A stretch of DNA of 64,000 nucleotides from Candidatus Woesearchaeota archaeon (GCA_018657385.1 JABHXF010000029.1:4214-68213), one strand, 5' to 3'. Positions 42,748 to 52,760 are shown, counted from the stretch's first letter. Notes: generated by a model from the letters alone, not told the origin. Made by a program: numbers and translations.

Positions 42748-43674
42748 CTATCCTAAATGCTTATTAATCACTGAAGCAATTACATTGTAAGATTGTGCAC
42801 CCTGTAATACTTCCCCATTAATTACTAAAGTTGGTGTAGCTTTAACTCCTGCTTTTTCACCTTCATCAATGTCTGCTTGAATTTCTTCTAATTTTTCATG
42901 ATTTTCTAAGCATTTTTTGAATGTTTCAATGTCTTCAACTTCACTCATCTCAGCTAATTCTATTAAATCTGTTTTTTCAGTAATTTTATTATTTCTATTG
43001 CCTACAAACAATAAATTATGATATTCAATAAATTTATTCTGATCATTTGCACATTCTGATGCCTCTGCAGCTAAGGTTGATAATGGATGTATGGCGTCAT
43101 TTGGAAATTGTCTATGATAAATTTTAATTTTTACACCATAATCTTTCTTAATTTCTTTTAATGTATCTTGTAAATCATCACAATGACTACAAAAGAAATT
43201 TGAATATTCATACATTGTAATAGTATCTGTTGTTGGAGCTAATGTTTCTGTATATTTGTAAACAAAGAATAATACAACAACAATTACAAGTAATAATAAC
43301 AAATATGACCATATACTGCTTTTTTCATCATCATATCTTTTTTTAGATTTATTATTATGTGTTTTATCAGATTGTTTATTATTTATAATAACATCTGGTT
43401 TTTTCTCTTTGGTATTATTTTTTTTTGACTTTGGTTTGTTAATGATTTTTGTAATCGCAGCTGTTTTAGTTTCTCGATCTTGAACTTTTTCATTAGCTTG
43501 TTTTATCTTTCTTTCTACCTTTTTCTTTCCTTTTAAGAATTCACTTTTCTTAACAACTCCTGCTTTGTAACTTTTTTCAAGATGAGCTAATTGTTTATTT
43601 AATCTTTCAATTTCTTTATCCATGTCTCTACACCCCAACACCTTATTTTTGTAACTTAATAGTAATCTATTCAT
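42748..43674 (-). CDS. Membrane-anchored DsbA-like thiol:disulfide oxidoreductase
   Basis: Thioredoxin-fold domain with the CSHC active site (EYSNFFCSHCDDL) and ATPTLVING. A coiled-coil/K-rich N-terminus and one TM helix precede it. Confidence 0.8.
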   Translation of the reverse strand: MNRLLLSYKNKVLGCRDMDKEIERLNKQLAHLEKSYKAGVVKKSEFLKGKKKVERKIKQANEKVQDRETKTAAITKIINKPKSKKNNTKEKKPDVIINNKQSDKTHNNKSKKRYDDEKSSIWSYLLLLLVIVVVLFFVYKYTETLAPTTDTITMYEYSNFFCSHCDDLQDTLKEIKKDYGVKIKIYHRQFPNDAIHPLSTLAAEASECANDQNKFIEYHNLLFVGNRNNKITEKTDLIELAEMSEVEDIETFKKCLENHEKLEEIQADIDEGEKAGVKATPTLVINGEVLQGAQSYNVIASVINKHLG

Positions 43675-43873
43675 AGCAGAAGTTTTTTATGTTTATATTG
43701 ATTTATATTTCCTAGTAGTTATTTTAAGATTATTGCCTGAATTTGTATTTAATAAATTTAAAATAATTAGTTCTATTTTAAAGTAAATACTTATATTCTA
43801 AATTAACAATATTTATATAAAATGCCATATCCCTAATGCATACAGATTTAATAAAAATCAAGGGGTGTAATAA

Positions 43874-45478
43874 ATTTCATTAGTTAAAAGTAGTGTTAAA
43901 TATGTTATTAAAGGTACAATTATTGGCGGTAGCCATAATAAGATTTTAATTAGACAGAAGTCTAACCAAAAAATTGAGATAGGGGAATTATTAATTGCAG
44001 AAGATCTTAATAATGGGAAAATCTTGTTACAAACTTATGATTTATTATATGGGAGCCAGCTTTCTCAAACAAATCTTGAATTAATGTCTGGAATGAAGCT
44101 TGAACAGAATTCAAGTTTAGAATTTATGGACAAAGAATTAAGAAATTATACATTGGTTGTAGCAAAAAATCTAATGACTGTTGAACAAAATAGAATTAGT
44201 AAATCTCTTCCTAATTTTTTTTCTGATATTAGGATGCTTGATGAAGATGATTTAAAATTATTACATTCTTCAAATCTTAAAAATCCATTATTTATTGGAA
44301 TGTTAAGATCAGGATCGAAAATTATTAATTATGATTTATGTATAGATGGAGAAAAAGCATTAGCAGAACATATCTTAATCTCTTCTTCAACAGGTAAAGG
44401 TAAAAGTAACTTAACTAGTTGTATTTTATGGTCAAATCTTGATAAAGATTATTCTGGGATAATTGTATTAGATCCACATGATGAATATTATGGAAGAAAT
44501 CATTTAGGATTAAAAGATCATCCTTGTAATAAAATTAAAAATCAAGTGATTTATTATTCAAAAAATCCTATTCCTGGTACAATTTCTTTGAAAATAAATT
44601 TAAAAGCAGTTAAACCATCTCATCTTAATGGTGTAATTAGTTTAACAGATGCTCAACATGAAGCATTAATTGCTTTTCATAGAAAATATCAAGAAAATTG
44701 GATTAGTGCAATTTTAAAAGAAGAAAAAATAGAGGGATTTCATGAAACTACATTAATAGTTATAAAAAGAAAATTAAGTAATTTATTAGATGTAAAATTT
44801 GTTGGGGATAGTATAATCTGTCAAGGAATATTTGATATAACTGCAGGAGAAACAACAGTTAATGATATTTGTAAAGAAGTAGAAAAAAATAAAACAATTA
44901 TAATCGATACATCAAACATTTCAAGTGGTATGGAAATTTTAGTTGGATCATTAATTAGTTCTGAGATTTTGAATAAATATAAAAGATATAAAACACAAGG
45001 CCTATTAAGAGATAAACCAGTGGTTTCAATTGTTATAGAAGAGGCACCAAGAGTTTTAGGAAAAGAAGTTCTTGAAAAAGGACAAAATATTTTTAGTACA
45101 ATTGCTAGAGAAGGTAGAAAATTCAAAGTAGGATTAATAGGGATAACACAATTACCTTCATTAATTCCGCGAACAATTTTAGCAAACATGAATACAAAAA
45201 TAATTTTAGGTATGGAGATGGGTGTGGAGAGAAGAGCAATTATTGAATCTGCATCTCAGGATTTAAGTGATGATGATAAAAATATAGCATCTTTAGATAA
45301 GGGAGAGGCAATTGTAACTAGTAATTTTTTGAGATTTGCAACACCTATTAAAATACCTTTTTTTGAGGATGTTATCAAAAAAGAATTAAACAAAAAAGAA
45401 TTTAATCATGAAATGCCTAATTCAGATTTAAAAGAAAAGGTAATTAAGCAAAATTTTATAGGGGTAAATGGAGGATAA
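43874..45478 (+). CDS. herA: HerA-like (FtsK-HerA superfamily, DUF87) ATPase with HAS-barrel N-terminus; non-canonical start
   Basis: Walker [12 protein letters not shown], then DPHDEYYG, and Walker [12 protein letters not shown]. The frame is open from 43874 and encodes (I)[44 protein letters not shown], which is HAS-barrel-like. There is no ATG, GTG or TTG before the TTG at 44024. GGGGTG lies at 43862-67, 6 nt before ATT at 43874. Confidence 0.7.
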   Translation: MSLVKSSVKYVIKGTIIGGSHNKILIRQKSNQKIEIGELLIAEDLNNGKILLQTYDLLYGSQLSQTNLELMSGMKLEQNSSLEFMDKELRNYTLVVAKNLMTVEQNRISKSLPNFFSDIRMLDEDDLKLLHSSNLKNPLFIGMLRSGSKIINYDLCIDGEKALAEHILISSSTGKGKSNLTSCILWSNLDKDYSGIIVLDPHDEYYGRNHLGLKDHPCNKIKNQVIYYSKNPIPGTISLKINLKAVKPSHLNGVISLTDAQHEALIAFHRKYQENWISAILKEEKIEGFHETTLIVIKRKLSNLLDVKFVGDSIICQGIFDITAGETTVNDICKEVEKNKTIIIDTSNISSGMEILVGSLISSEILNKYKRYKTQGLLRDKPVVSIVIEEAPRVLGKEVLEKGQNIFSTIAREGRKFKVGLIGITQLPSLIPRTILANMNTKIILGMEMGVERRAIIESASQDLSDDDKNIASLDKGEAIVTSNFLRFATPIKIPFFEDVIKKELNKKEFNHEMPNSDLKEKVIKQNFIGVNGG

Positions 45479-46031
45479 AAAAATGAAAAACTTAAGAAAT
45501 TTAAAAGGTAATAAAAAAATATGGTCTATTTTGTTATTTGTTTCTTTTTTAGTTATTTTGTTTTCTATTTTTTCTGTAGTTGTTACAGCAGATAAATCAC
45601 ATATTTTTCAAGAGAAAAATGAAATTTTAAACATAGATGGGCATAAAATAGTTGTATTAGATGCTACAACAGAAGGTGAATGTTTATTTACAATAAATGG
45701 TGATGGTTATATTATATCTGAGAAAAATAAAAAAGGAACTTCTGAAATAGATGTTTACGTAAAAAGGGCATTTCCTATAAGAACAAAAGGTGAAAAATCA
45801 CTTTATTGTGAAGTATTAATTGATGTTATGGTCCCTAGAAACAAAAATTCAGAAGAAGATAAGAAAACAAATCAAGTAGATGTTCCTGAAGAAGAAACAG
45901 AAGATCAAAATCTCCCTGTTATTGTGGATAAGGTTAATGAAACAGAATCTGATGATAATTTAAATGAAACAAAAAAATCTCAAGGTTTTTTTAGTAAATT
46001 ATGGGGTTTTATTAAACAATTGTTTAGTTAA
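45468..46031 (+). CDS. Hypothetical membrane-anchored/secreted protein between herA and mre11
   Basis: 187 aa with an N-terminal TM helix [22 protein letters not shown] and an acidic C-terminal part. Overlaps the herA stop by 11 nt. Confidence 0.55.
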   Translation: MEDKKMKNLRNLKGNKKIWSILLFVSFLVILFSIFSVVVTADKSHIFQEKNEILNIDGHKIVVLDATTEGECLFTINGDGYIISEKNKKGTSEIDVYVKRAFPIRTKGEKSLYCEVLIDVMVPRNKNSEEDKKTNQVDVPEEETEDQNLPVIVDKVNETESDDNLNETKKSQGFFSKLWGFIKQLFS

Positions 46032-46081
46032 GGAAGATATTTTCAAATATTTTTGTTAATAATGCTTAAGAAAGTGATAAA

Positions 46082-47371
46082 ATGAAATTTGCACATATGG
46101 CTGATGCACATATTGGAAGTTGGCGAGAGCCTAAGCTTAAGGAAGCTAGTTTACAAGCCTTTATGAAAGCAGTTAATATATGTTTTGAAGAAAATGTCGA
46201 CTTTATTTTAATTAGTGGTGATTTATTTAATACATCTTTACCTGTAATTGATCAGTTAAAAGAAGTTGTAAAAAAATTAAAACAAATCAAAGAAAAAAAT
46301 ATTCTAGTTTATGTTATTCCCGGTAGTCATGATTTTTCTCCTAGTGGAAAAACAATGTTAGATGTTCTTGAAAATGCAGGGTTATTAATTAATGTTGTTA
46401 AAGGTAAAGTTGATGAAGAGACAGGTAAATTAATTTTAAATTTTTCAATTAATGAGAAAACAGGAGCCAAAATAACTGGTATGTTAGGTAAAAAGGGCAT
46501 GTTAGAAAAGAAATTTTATGAATCCTTAAATACAGATAACCTTGAACAGGAAGAAGGGTTTAAAATATTCATGTTTCATACCTCTTTAACAGAATTAAAA
46601 CCTAAGGATTTAGCAGAAATGGATTCTGCACCTATATCTTTATTACCAAAGGGATTTAATTATTATGCTGGAGGTCATGTACATATTATTAGAAAAGAAA
46701 AAATTGAAGGTTATGGTTTAATTGTATATCCTGGTCCATTATTTCCAAATAATTTTAAAGAAATAGAAGAACTAAAACATGGCGGATTTTATATTTGGGA
46801 TGAAGGAAAAATTGAATATTATGGAATTCCTTTGTATAATGTTGTTTCTATAATTGTTGATTGTCATCATAAATCTCCACAAGAAGTTAGAAAAGAATTA
46901 CTAACAAAGATGGATAATTTAGATGAAAATAATCTTAATAAAACAATTATAACATTAAGATTAAGAGGAGTTTTAAGGGATGGTAAAATTACTGATATTG
47001 CATTAAATGAAATTATTGAACGATTATATGAAAAAGGTGTTTATTTTGTCATGAAGAATACAACAAAACTTACAACTAAAGAGTTCGAAGAGGTTAAATT
47101 GAGTTTAGAAAAAAGTCATGATACTGAAGATGCTTTAATTAAAGAACATCTTAGCAAATCAAACATGTCTGAGTTTCTTGTTAATGTTATTGGTAGTAAT
47201 GAAGGTAATAATAATTGTGATGATGATAGTATAAGTGAAGAAAAATTTGATGAAAATGAATTTATCAAAGAAATTATGAATACTTTAGATTTAGAAAAAC
47301 AAGAAGGTGAAAGAATAATTGATTTTGAACAAAGAATAAAAGAAAATATAAAAAAGAAAATAGATTTATGA
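46082..47371 (+). CDS. mre11: Mre11-like calcineurin-fold DNA repair nuclease
   Basis: Phosphoesterase motifs MADAHIG, SGDLFN, PGSHDF and GGHVH in the canonical order. Confidence 0.8.
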   Translation: MKFAHMADAHIGSWREPKLKEASLQAFMKAVNICFEENVDFILISGDLFNTSLPVIDQLKEVVKKLKQIKEKNILVYVIPGSHDFSPSGKTMLDVLENAGLLINVVKGKVDEETGKLILNFSINEKTGAKITGMLGKKGMLEKKFYESLNTDNLEQEEGFKIFMFHTSLTELKPKDLAEMDSAPISLLPKGFNYYAGGHVHIIRKEKIEGYGLIVYPGPLFPNNFKEIEELKHGGFYIWDEGKIEYYGIPLYNVVSIIVDCHHKSPQEVRKELLTKMDNLDENNLNKTIITLRLRGVLRDGKITDIALNEIIERLYEKGVYFVMKNTTKLTTKEFEEVKLSLEKSHDTEDALIKEHLSKSNMSEFLVNVIGSNEGNNNCDDDSISEEKFDENEFIKEIMNTLDLEKQEGERIIDFEQRIKENIKKKIDL

Positions 47372-47391
47372 TCTATTTATTCTTCATTAAC

Positions 47392-49029
47392 TTATTCTTC
47401 TGACTCAGCTGTTTCTTCTGTATTTGCTTCTGTTGTCTCTTCAGCAGGCTCTACTGTAACTTCTTCAACAACAACTTCCATTGCTTCATCACTTGTTACT
47501 TCGCCACTTAATAATTCTTCAATTACTAGTCTATGTTCTGCTGCTTCAGCTTCTTTGTCATTTGCTTGCTCATGTCCAGCACCAATTCTATAATATTTGC
47601 ATCCAAACACAAATGTAGGAATTGAACCCTGTGGATTGAATTTCTTCATAATAGCCATATGTTCTTCTGGTATTGAACTTTCTTCTTCTTCAGTTAATGT
47701 GTCATCATTTATATCAATCTCCCAATGATAAGCTGTAATCAATCCTTTATCTTGGTATTCCTTAGCTACAGTATTAAAAGGTTTTTCTGCCCATTGACAA
47801 TGAGGGCACCATGTTGTTGAAAACATAAATACTAATGGTTTTCCATCTTCATCTCTGCAGATTTCATCATCCCCTTTTAAGAATGTTGTTATGCCTTCTA
47901 CTGCTACCGTATCATCTGTAGCATCTTCAACTGGTTCAAGTAATTCTAATGGTGTAACATATTCAATTTCTGATTGATCTTTTAATGAATCTAAATAAGT
48001 TCCAATGTTTGCTTGCAATTCAGTATTTTTGATTTCAGCTGAAATATCTTCTTTTAATTCTTCAAATGATTCTTTTTTATCTTCTAAAAAGATAACGTGA
48101 TAACCAAAGTCAGTTTTAACTCCCTCTGAAGTTTCTCCCTTGTTTAATTCAAATGTAGCAAGTTCAAACTCAGGAACCATTGCACCTTTATTAAACCAAC
48201 CAAGTGACCCCCCTAATGGACCTGATGGACCATCTGAGTACTCTTTAGCAAGTTCTGCAAAATCATCTCCATTTTCAATCTTTCCAAGAATTTCATCAAC
48301 TATTGCCAATGCTTCTTCTTCTGTTCTTTCTTCTTGACATGAAGTAGTTCCTGTATAACAAACAAGAATATGGGATGCCATTGCTGATACTAATGTGTCT
48401 TTATTTTCATCATAGTGAGCTTGAATGTCTTTTTCATCTGGTTCTCCTTTAAGTAATGCAGATTCAATTAATTTGTTAAGTAATAATTGTTCTTTGAAGT
48501 CAACAACAAATTCTTCATAGTTAGTTCCCTGTTCTTCTAGCTTAACTAAAAAATCTCCTTTTGTCAAACCAAATTTAGTGTAAGTAGCTTCAACTTCTTT
48601 ATCAATCTCTTCTTGACTTACTTTTAATTTTAATTTGTCTGCTTCTTGTAATAATAACTTTTTCATTACTAGTTGCTCTAATACATTTTTCTTTAGTGTT
48701 AGTGGGTCCATTACTTGTTGATAATATTCAGGGAGTTTTTTTAATTCTGAATCTAATTCATCAACATAAATATCTTCACCATTAACCTTAGCAAGAACAT
48801 TTGCATTTTGATCTCCAGAAGGTAATATTTTCCCAATATTAATTATTAGGAGAGCAATTACAATAATCGCAATAATTGATAGTACTATTGTCCATTTACT
48901 AAAATCTTTCTTTTTAGTGTGGTGTTTTGTATGAGCCTTATGTTCGTGGCTCTTATGCTCATGACCTTTGTGTTCATGATTTTTGTGTTCATTATCTTTA
49001 TGTTCATGACTTTCATGTTTTTTTTCCAT
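47392..49029 (-). CDS. Membrane-anchored foldase fusion: His-rich tail, SurA-like chaperone region, parvulin PPIase and thioredoxin-like domain
   Basis: The parvulin domain reads ASHILV...GGSLGWFNKGAMVPEFE...DFGYHVIFLE. The C-terminal part has TTWCPHCQW (CxxC). The N-terminus is MEKKHESHEHKDNEHKNHEHKGHEHKSHEHKAHTKHH followed by a TM helix. Confidence 0.8.
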   Translation of the reverse strand: MEKKHESHEHKDNEHKNHEHKGHEHKSHEHKAHTKHHTKKKDFSKWTIVLSIIAIIVIALLIINIGKILPSGDQNANVLAKVNGEDIYVDELDSELKKLPEYYQQVMDPLTLKKNVLEQLVMKKLLLQEADKLKLKVSQEEIDKEVEATYTKFGLTKGDFLVKLEEQGTNYEEFVVDFKEQLLLNKLIESALLKGEPDEKDIQAHYDENKDTLVSAMASHILVCYTGTTSCQEERTEEEALAIVDEILGKIENGDDFAELAKEYSDGPSGPLGGSLGWFNKGAMVPEFELATFELNKGETSEGVKTDFGYHVIFLEDKKESFEELKEDISAEIKNTELQANIGTYLDSLKDQSEIEYVTPLELLEPVEDATDDTVAVEGITTFLKGDDEICRDEDGKPLVFMFSTTWCPHCQWAEKPFNTVAKEYQDKGLITAYHWEIDINDDTLTEEEESSIPEEHMAIMKKFNPQGSIPTFVFGCKYYRIGAGHEQANDKEAEAAEHRLVIEELLSGEVTSDEAMEVVVEEVTVEPAEETTEANTEETAESEE

Positions 49030-49406
49030 TTTTTATCACCTTTTCATTTACTTTTTATAATATCTAATGTTTTGTATAATACCAAATAATAAGATTATAA
49101 CATGCGATATAGTTTATTATTAATATATTTTGTGTAAGTTTGTAATACATTTAAAACATATTTTATTCTATCTTAAACTTTTGTTTATATTCTATCCTAG
49201 TAAGTAATAATATATCTGCATCAAATCGAAATATTTAAAAATAGGTGATAGAATCTAGGTAATAATTAAGGCCATTAATATTGTTGATTCAGTATTCGGC
49301 ATATTATCAATAAAATCATTAATGATATCATGGGGGAGCATATTTATCGCAAGCTCACAAATAATTAAACCATTAAATCAATTAAATAAACTATTAGGTG
49401 GTTGTC

Positions 49407-49742
49407 ATGGGAATGGGATTTCATATCATTGCAAGTCTAAAAGATTGCCCTATAGACAAAATTAGATCTACTTCTAAACTTAATAAATTATTAAACAATA
49501 TTGTTGATGAAGCAAAATTTCATAAAGTTGGTGAAATTTCTTGTCATATTAATGGAAATAAACCTTCTTCGTTTGTACTATTGGCAGAATCACATGTAAG
49601 TATTTACTCTGATCCAAGTACTGGTAATGTTGAATTAGATATTTTTTGCTGTAATGGCGAAGATTCAGCAAGAACTGCTCTTAATAAAATGGTTTCAAGT
49701 TTAAAACCAAATTCATTCATATCAAAAGAAGTAAGGAGGTAA
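49407..49742 (+). CDS. S-adenosylmethionine decarboxylase-like paralogue with a degenerate processing motif
   Basis: LLAESHVSIYSDPSTGNVELDIFCCNG aligns with the SpeH core but lacks HTWPE. AGGTGG lies 6 nt before the ATG at 49407. Confidence 0.7.
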   Translation: MGMGFHIIASLKDCPIDKIRSTSKLNKLLNNIVDEAKFHKVGEISCHINGNKPSSFVLLAESHVSIYSDPSTGNVELDIFCCNGEDSARTALNKMVSSLKPNSFISKEVRR

Positions 49743-49744
49743 AA

Positions 49745-50086
49745 GTGACTGGAACTATGGGTGTGCATTTATTAGTTAACTTGTATGGTTGTCCTAAGGA
49801 ACTTCTAGAATATAAAGAAGGTGTTGCAAAACTTCTTAATGAAATAGTTGTTGAGGCTAAACTTACTAAAGTAAGTGAAAGTCATTTTCAATTTGATCCT
49901 ATTGGTGTTACATCTGTAATTCTTTTAGCAGAATCACATATTAGTATTCATACATGGCCTGAACATAATAGTGCAGCTGTTGATATTTTTTGTTGTAATG
50001 GTGAGGAAGTAGCAAATAAAGCACTTCATGCACTACTTGCTAAATTTACTCCTGAAAAGTATGATAAACAAATAGTTAAAAGGTAA
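49745..50086 (+). CDS. speH: S-adenosylmethionine decarboxylase proenzyme (class 1, SpeH-type)
   Basis: LLAESHISIHTWPEHNSAAVDIFCCNG carries the canonical E-S-H-x-S-x-H-T-W-P-E self-cleavage motif. AGGAGG precedes the GTG start at 49745. Confidence 0.85.
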   Translation: MTGTMGVHLLVNLYGCPKELLEYKEGVAKLLNEIVVEAKLTKVSESHFQFDPIGVTSVILLAESHISIHTWPEHNSAAVDIFCCNGEEVANKALHALLAKFTPEKYDKQIVKR

Positions 50087-50201
50087 AATTAGAAATAACC
50101 TTCTCTGAAATTTCAACTATATTTATTTTGTCTCTAATTAATCTTCTTAAATCTATATAATCTACTACAAATAAATTTATATATGACTTCAAACTAAAAA
50201 A

Positions 50202-50249
50202 TTCAGGCATATTGTGGTATGTTTGTTCTTATAACACAATATGTTGTAT
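50202..50249. promoter_or_regulatory. Inverted repeat CATATTGTG / CACAATATG resembling a pair of NrdR boxes upstream of nrdJ
   Basis: The arms are 50208-16 and 50235-43. ACACAATATGTTGTAT (50234-49) matches the bacterial NrdR-box consensus acaCwAtATaTwGtgt at 14 of 16 positions. A half-box ATATTGTGG lies with its centre 32 bp upstream. TATA TTTATATA is at about 50176-84. Confidence 0.45.
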
Positions 50250-50333
50250 GTTATTAGCTGTGTGGTGATTATGATTATTATGGTTAATAGTGCATTTTAA
50301 TTTATTATATCATGAAATAAGGGGTGTTAAAAA

Positions 50334-52751
50334 ATGAACATGGAAAATGGAGAAATCCTAAAAATAAAAAAAAGAAATGGTAATATTGTTGAATTTGATG
50401 TTTCTAAAATTGGGAAAGCAATCTTTAAAGCAGCTCAATCTGTTGGTGGTAAAGATCATAAATTAGCAGAACAAATTGCTTCACAAGTTTATAGTTATAT
50501 GAAAGCTAAAAAATTTGATGGTGAATTACCATCAGTAGAAAATGTTCAAGATGCTGTTGAAAAAGTTCTTGTAGAATTAGGTCATGCGCAAACAGTTAAA
50601 GCTTACATCATTTATAGACAAGAAAGAAAAAAAGTAAGAGATACAAAAAAAGCAATTGGTGTTGAAGATGATGTTAAACTAACTATAAATGCAATTAAAG
50701 TTCTTGAAAAAAGATATCTTCTAAAAGATGTTGATGGTAATGTTATTGAAACTCCTGGAGAAATGTTTAAAAGAGTCGCTGAATATATTTCTAGGGCTGA
50801 TAAAAATTATGGTGCATCAGATGAAGATGTGAAAAAATTAGAACAAGAGTTTTATGATATGATGGTTAAGCTTGAATTCTTACCTAATAGTCCTACTTTT
50901 ACTGGGGCTAATACTAAAGTAGGGCAATTAAGTGCTTGTTTTGTTTTACCTATTGGTGATTCAATGGAAGAAATTTTTGAATCAATCAAAAATACTGCTT
51001 TAATCCATAAAAGTGGTGGTGGAACCGGATTTAGTTTTTCAAGGTTAAGACCAAGTAATGATCGTGTACTATCAACAAAAGGTATTGCTTCTGGTCCTGT
51101 TTCATTTATGAGTGTATTTGATGCAGCAACAGAAACAGTAAAACAAGGTGGGACTAGAAGAGGAGCTAATATGGGGATATTAAGAGTTGATCATCCAGAT
51201 ATTATGAACTTTATTTCAGCAAAAGAAGATAACAAAAGATTAAATAATTTTAATATTTCAATTGCTGTTACAGATAAGTTTATGGAAGCACTAGAAAATG
51301 AAACTGATTATGATTTAATTAATCCTAGAACAAAAGAACCAATGGGTAAACTTAATGCTAAAAATATTTTTGAACTAATGGTAACAAAAGCATGGCAAAA
51401 TGGTGAACCTGGAATTGTATTTATTGATAAAATCAATAAATTTAATCCAACACCTGAAGTAGGAGAAATTGAATCTACAAATCCATGTGGTGAACAGCCA
51501 TTATTACCTTATGAATCTTGTAATCTTGGAAGTATTAATTTATCTAATATGGTTAAATATGACGAAGCTGCAGATAATTTTTCAATTGATTATGATTTGT
51601 TAAAAGCAACAATCCATAGGGCAACTCATTTTTTAGACAATGTAATTGATATGAATAAATATCCTTTAGATCTAATCGCTAAGAATACAAGAGAAAATAG
51701 AAAAATAGGTTTGGGTGTAATGGGCTTTGCTGATATGTTATTGAAATTAAAAGTAAGGTATAATTCTGATGAAGGTATTAGGGTAGCAGAAGAAGTTATG
51801 AAGTTTATTGATGATGAATCAAAATTAGCCTCAAAAGAATTAGCAAAAATTAGAGGTCCATTTCCTAACTTTAATAGAAGTATTTACAAAAATGGAGAAC
51901 CAATTAGAAATGCAACAACAACAACAATTGCTCCAACAGGAACTTTAAGTTTATTAGCAAATTGTAGTGGTGGTGTAGAACCATTATTTGCAATATCCTA
52001 TATTAAAAATATAATGGATGGAACTGAACTTGTAGAAACAAATAATTATTTTTTAAAAGTTGCTAAGAAAAATGGGTTTTATAATGATGAATTAATGAAG
52101 AAAATTGCAAATTTAGGTAGTATACAGAATCTAGAAGAAGTACCTAAAGAAATTAGGGATGTATTTGTTATTGCTTTTGATACTTCTCCTACATGGCATA
52201 CAAGAATGCAAGCAGCATTTCAAAAGCATGTAGATAATGCAGTATCAAAAACAGTGAACTTTTCAGGAGATGCAACAATTAATGATGTTAGAGAAGCATA
52301 TCTTCTTTCATATAAACTAGGTTGTAAAGGTGTTACTGTTTATAGAGATGGAAGTAGGGAAGAGCAAGTGTTGAATATTGGCAGTGTAAACAAAGAAAAG
52401 AAAGTAGAAATAACAAAGGTTGAAGAACAGCCAATGCAAGAAGCAACAGAACAAACAACAGCAACAGAACCACAAGTACTTTCAAATGATCCAAATGTTG
52501 TAAACAATACACAACAAAGTGTTAGTACACAATCAGGAATAGAAGGAGTAAATGCAAATAATGTTTACACAAGTGATAAAACTTTAACAAATAATGTTTC
52601 ATTAGATGCAGCAAAAGAAGCAATTATAAAAGCAGAAGAAAACATGCCTGATAAAAAGAAAACATATTGTCCTGAATGTAGTGCAAAATTAATACAACAA
52701 GAAGGTTGTGTAATGTGTCCAAATTGTAGTTATTCAGCTTGTAGTATGTGA
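50334..52751 (+). CDS. nrdJ: Class II (adenosylcobalamin-dependent) ribonucleotide reductase with ATP-cone and C-terminal Cys-rich tail
   Basis: ATP-cone (KIKKRNGNIVEFDVSKI), [32 protein letters not shown], and the C-terminal CPECSAKLIQQEGCVMCPNCSYSACS. GGGGTG lies 7 nt before the ATG. Confidence 0.9.
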   Translation: MNMENGEILKIKKRNGNIVEFDVSKIGKAIFKAAQSVGGKDHKLAEQIASQVYSYMKAKKFDGELPSVENVQDAVEKVLVELGHAQTVKAYIIYRQERKKVRDTKKAIGVEDDVKLTINAIKVLEKRYLLKDVDGNVIETPGEMFKRVAEYISRADKNYGASDEDVKKLEQEFYDMMVKLEFLPNSPTFTGANTKVGQLSACFVLPIGDSMEEIFESIKNTALIHKSGGGTGFSFSRLRPSNDRVLSTKGIASGPVSFMSVFDAATETVKQGGTRRGANMGILRVDHPDIMNFISAKEDNKRLNNFNISIAVTDKFMEALENETDYDLINPRTKEPMGKLNAKNIFELMVTKAWQNGEPGIVFIDKINKFNPTPEVGEIESTNPCGEQPLLPYESCNLGSINLSNMVKYDEAADNFSIDYDLLKATIHRATHFLDNVIDMNKYPLDLIAKNTRENRKIGLGVMGFADMLLKLKVRYNSDEGIRVAEEVMKFIDDESKLASKELAKIRGPFPNFNRSIYKNGEPIRNATTTTIAPTGTLSLLANCSGGVEPLFAISYIKNIMDGTELVETNNYFLKVAKKNGFYNDELMKKIANLGSIQNLEEVPKEIRDVFVIAFDTSPTWHTRMQAAFQKHVDNAVSKTVNFSGDATINDVREAYLLSYKLGCKGVTVYRDGSREEQVLNIGSVNKEKKVEITKVEEQPMQEATEQTTATEPQVLSNDPNVVNNTQQSVSTQSGIEGVNANNVYTSDKTLTNNVSLDAAKEAIIKAEENMPDKKKTYCPECSAKLIQQEGCVMCPNCSYSACSM

Positions 52752-52760
52752 TGATAATAA

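Noticed and set aside
49030-49397. Possible SAM-responsive or polyamine-responsive leader upstream of the AdoMet decarboxylase pair.
   Set aside because: Only weak AT-rich pairings were found. Nothing resembles known SAM riboswitch cores, so the evidence is insufficient.
50087-50333. Possible cobalamin riboswitch in the long nrdJ leader.
   Set aside because: No B12-box-like sequence or multi-helix GC-rich core is visible. The only clear structure is the 9-bp inverted repeat reported as NrdR-box-like.
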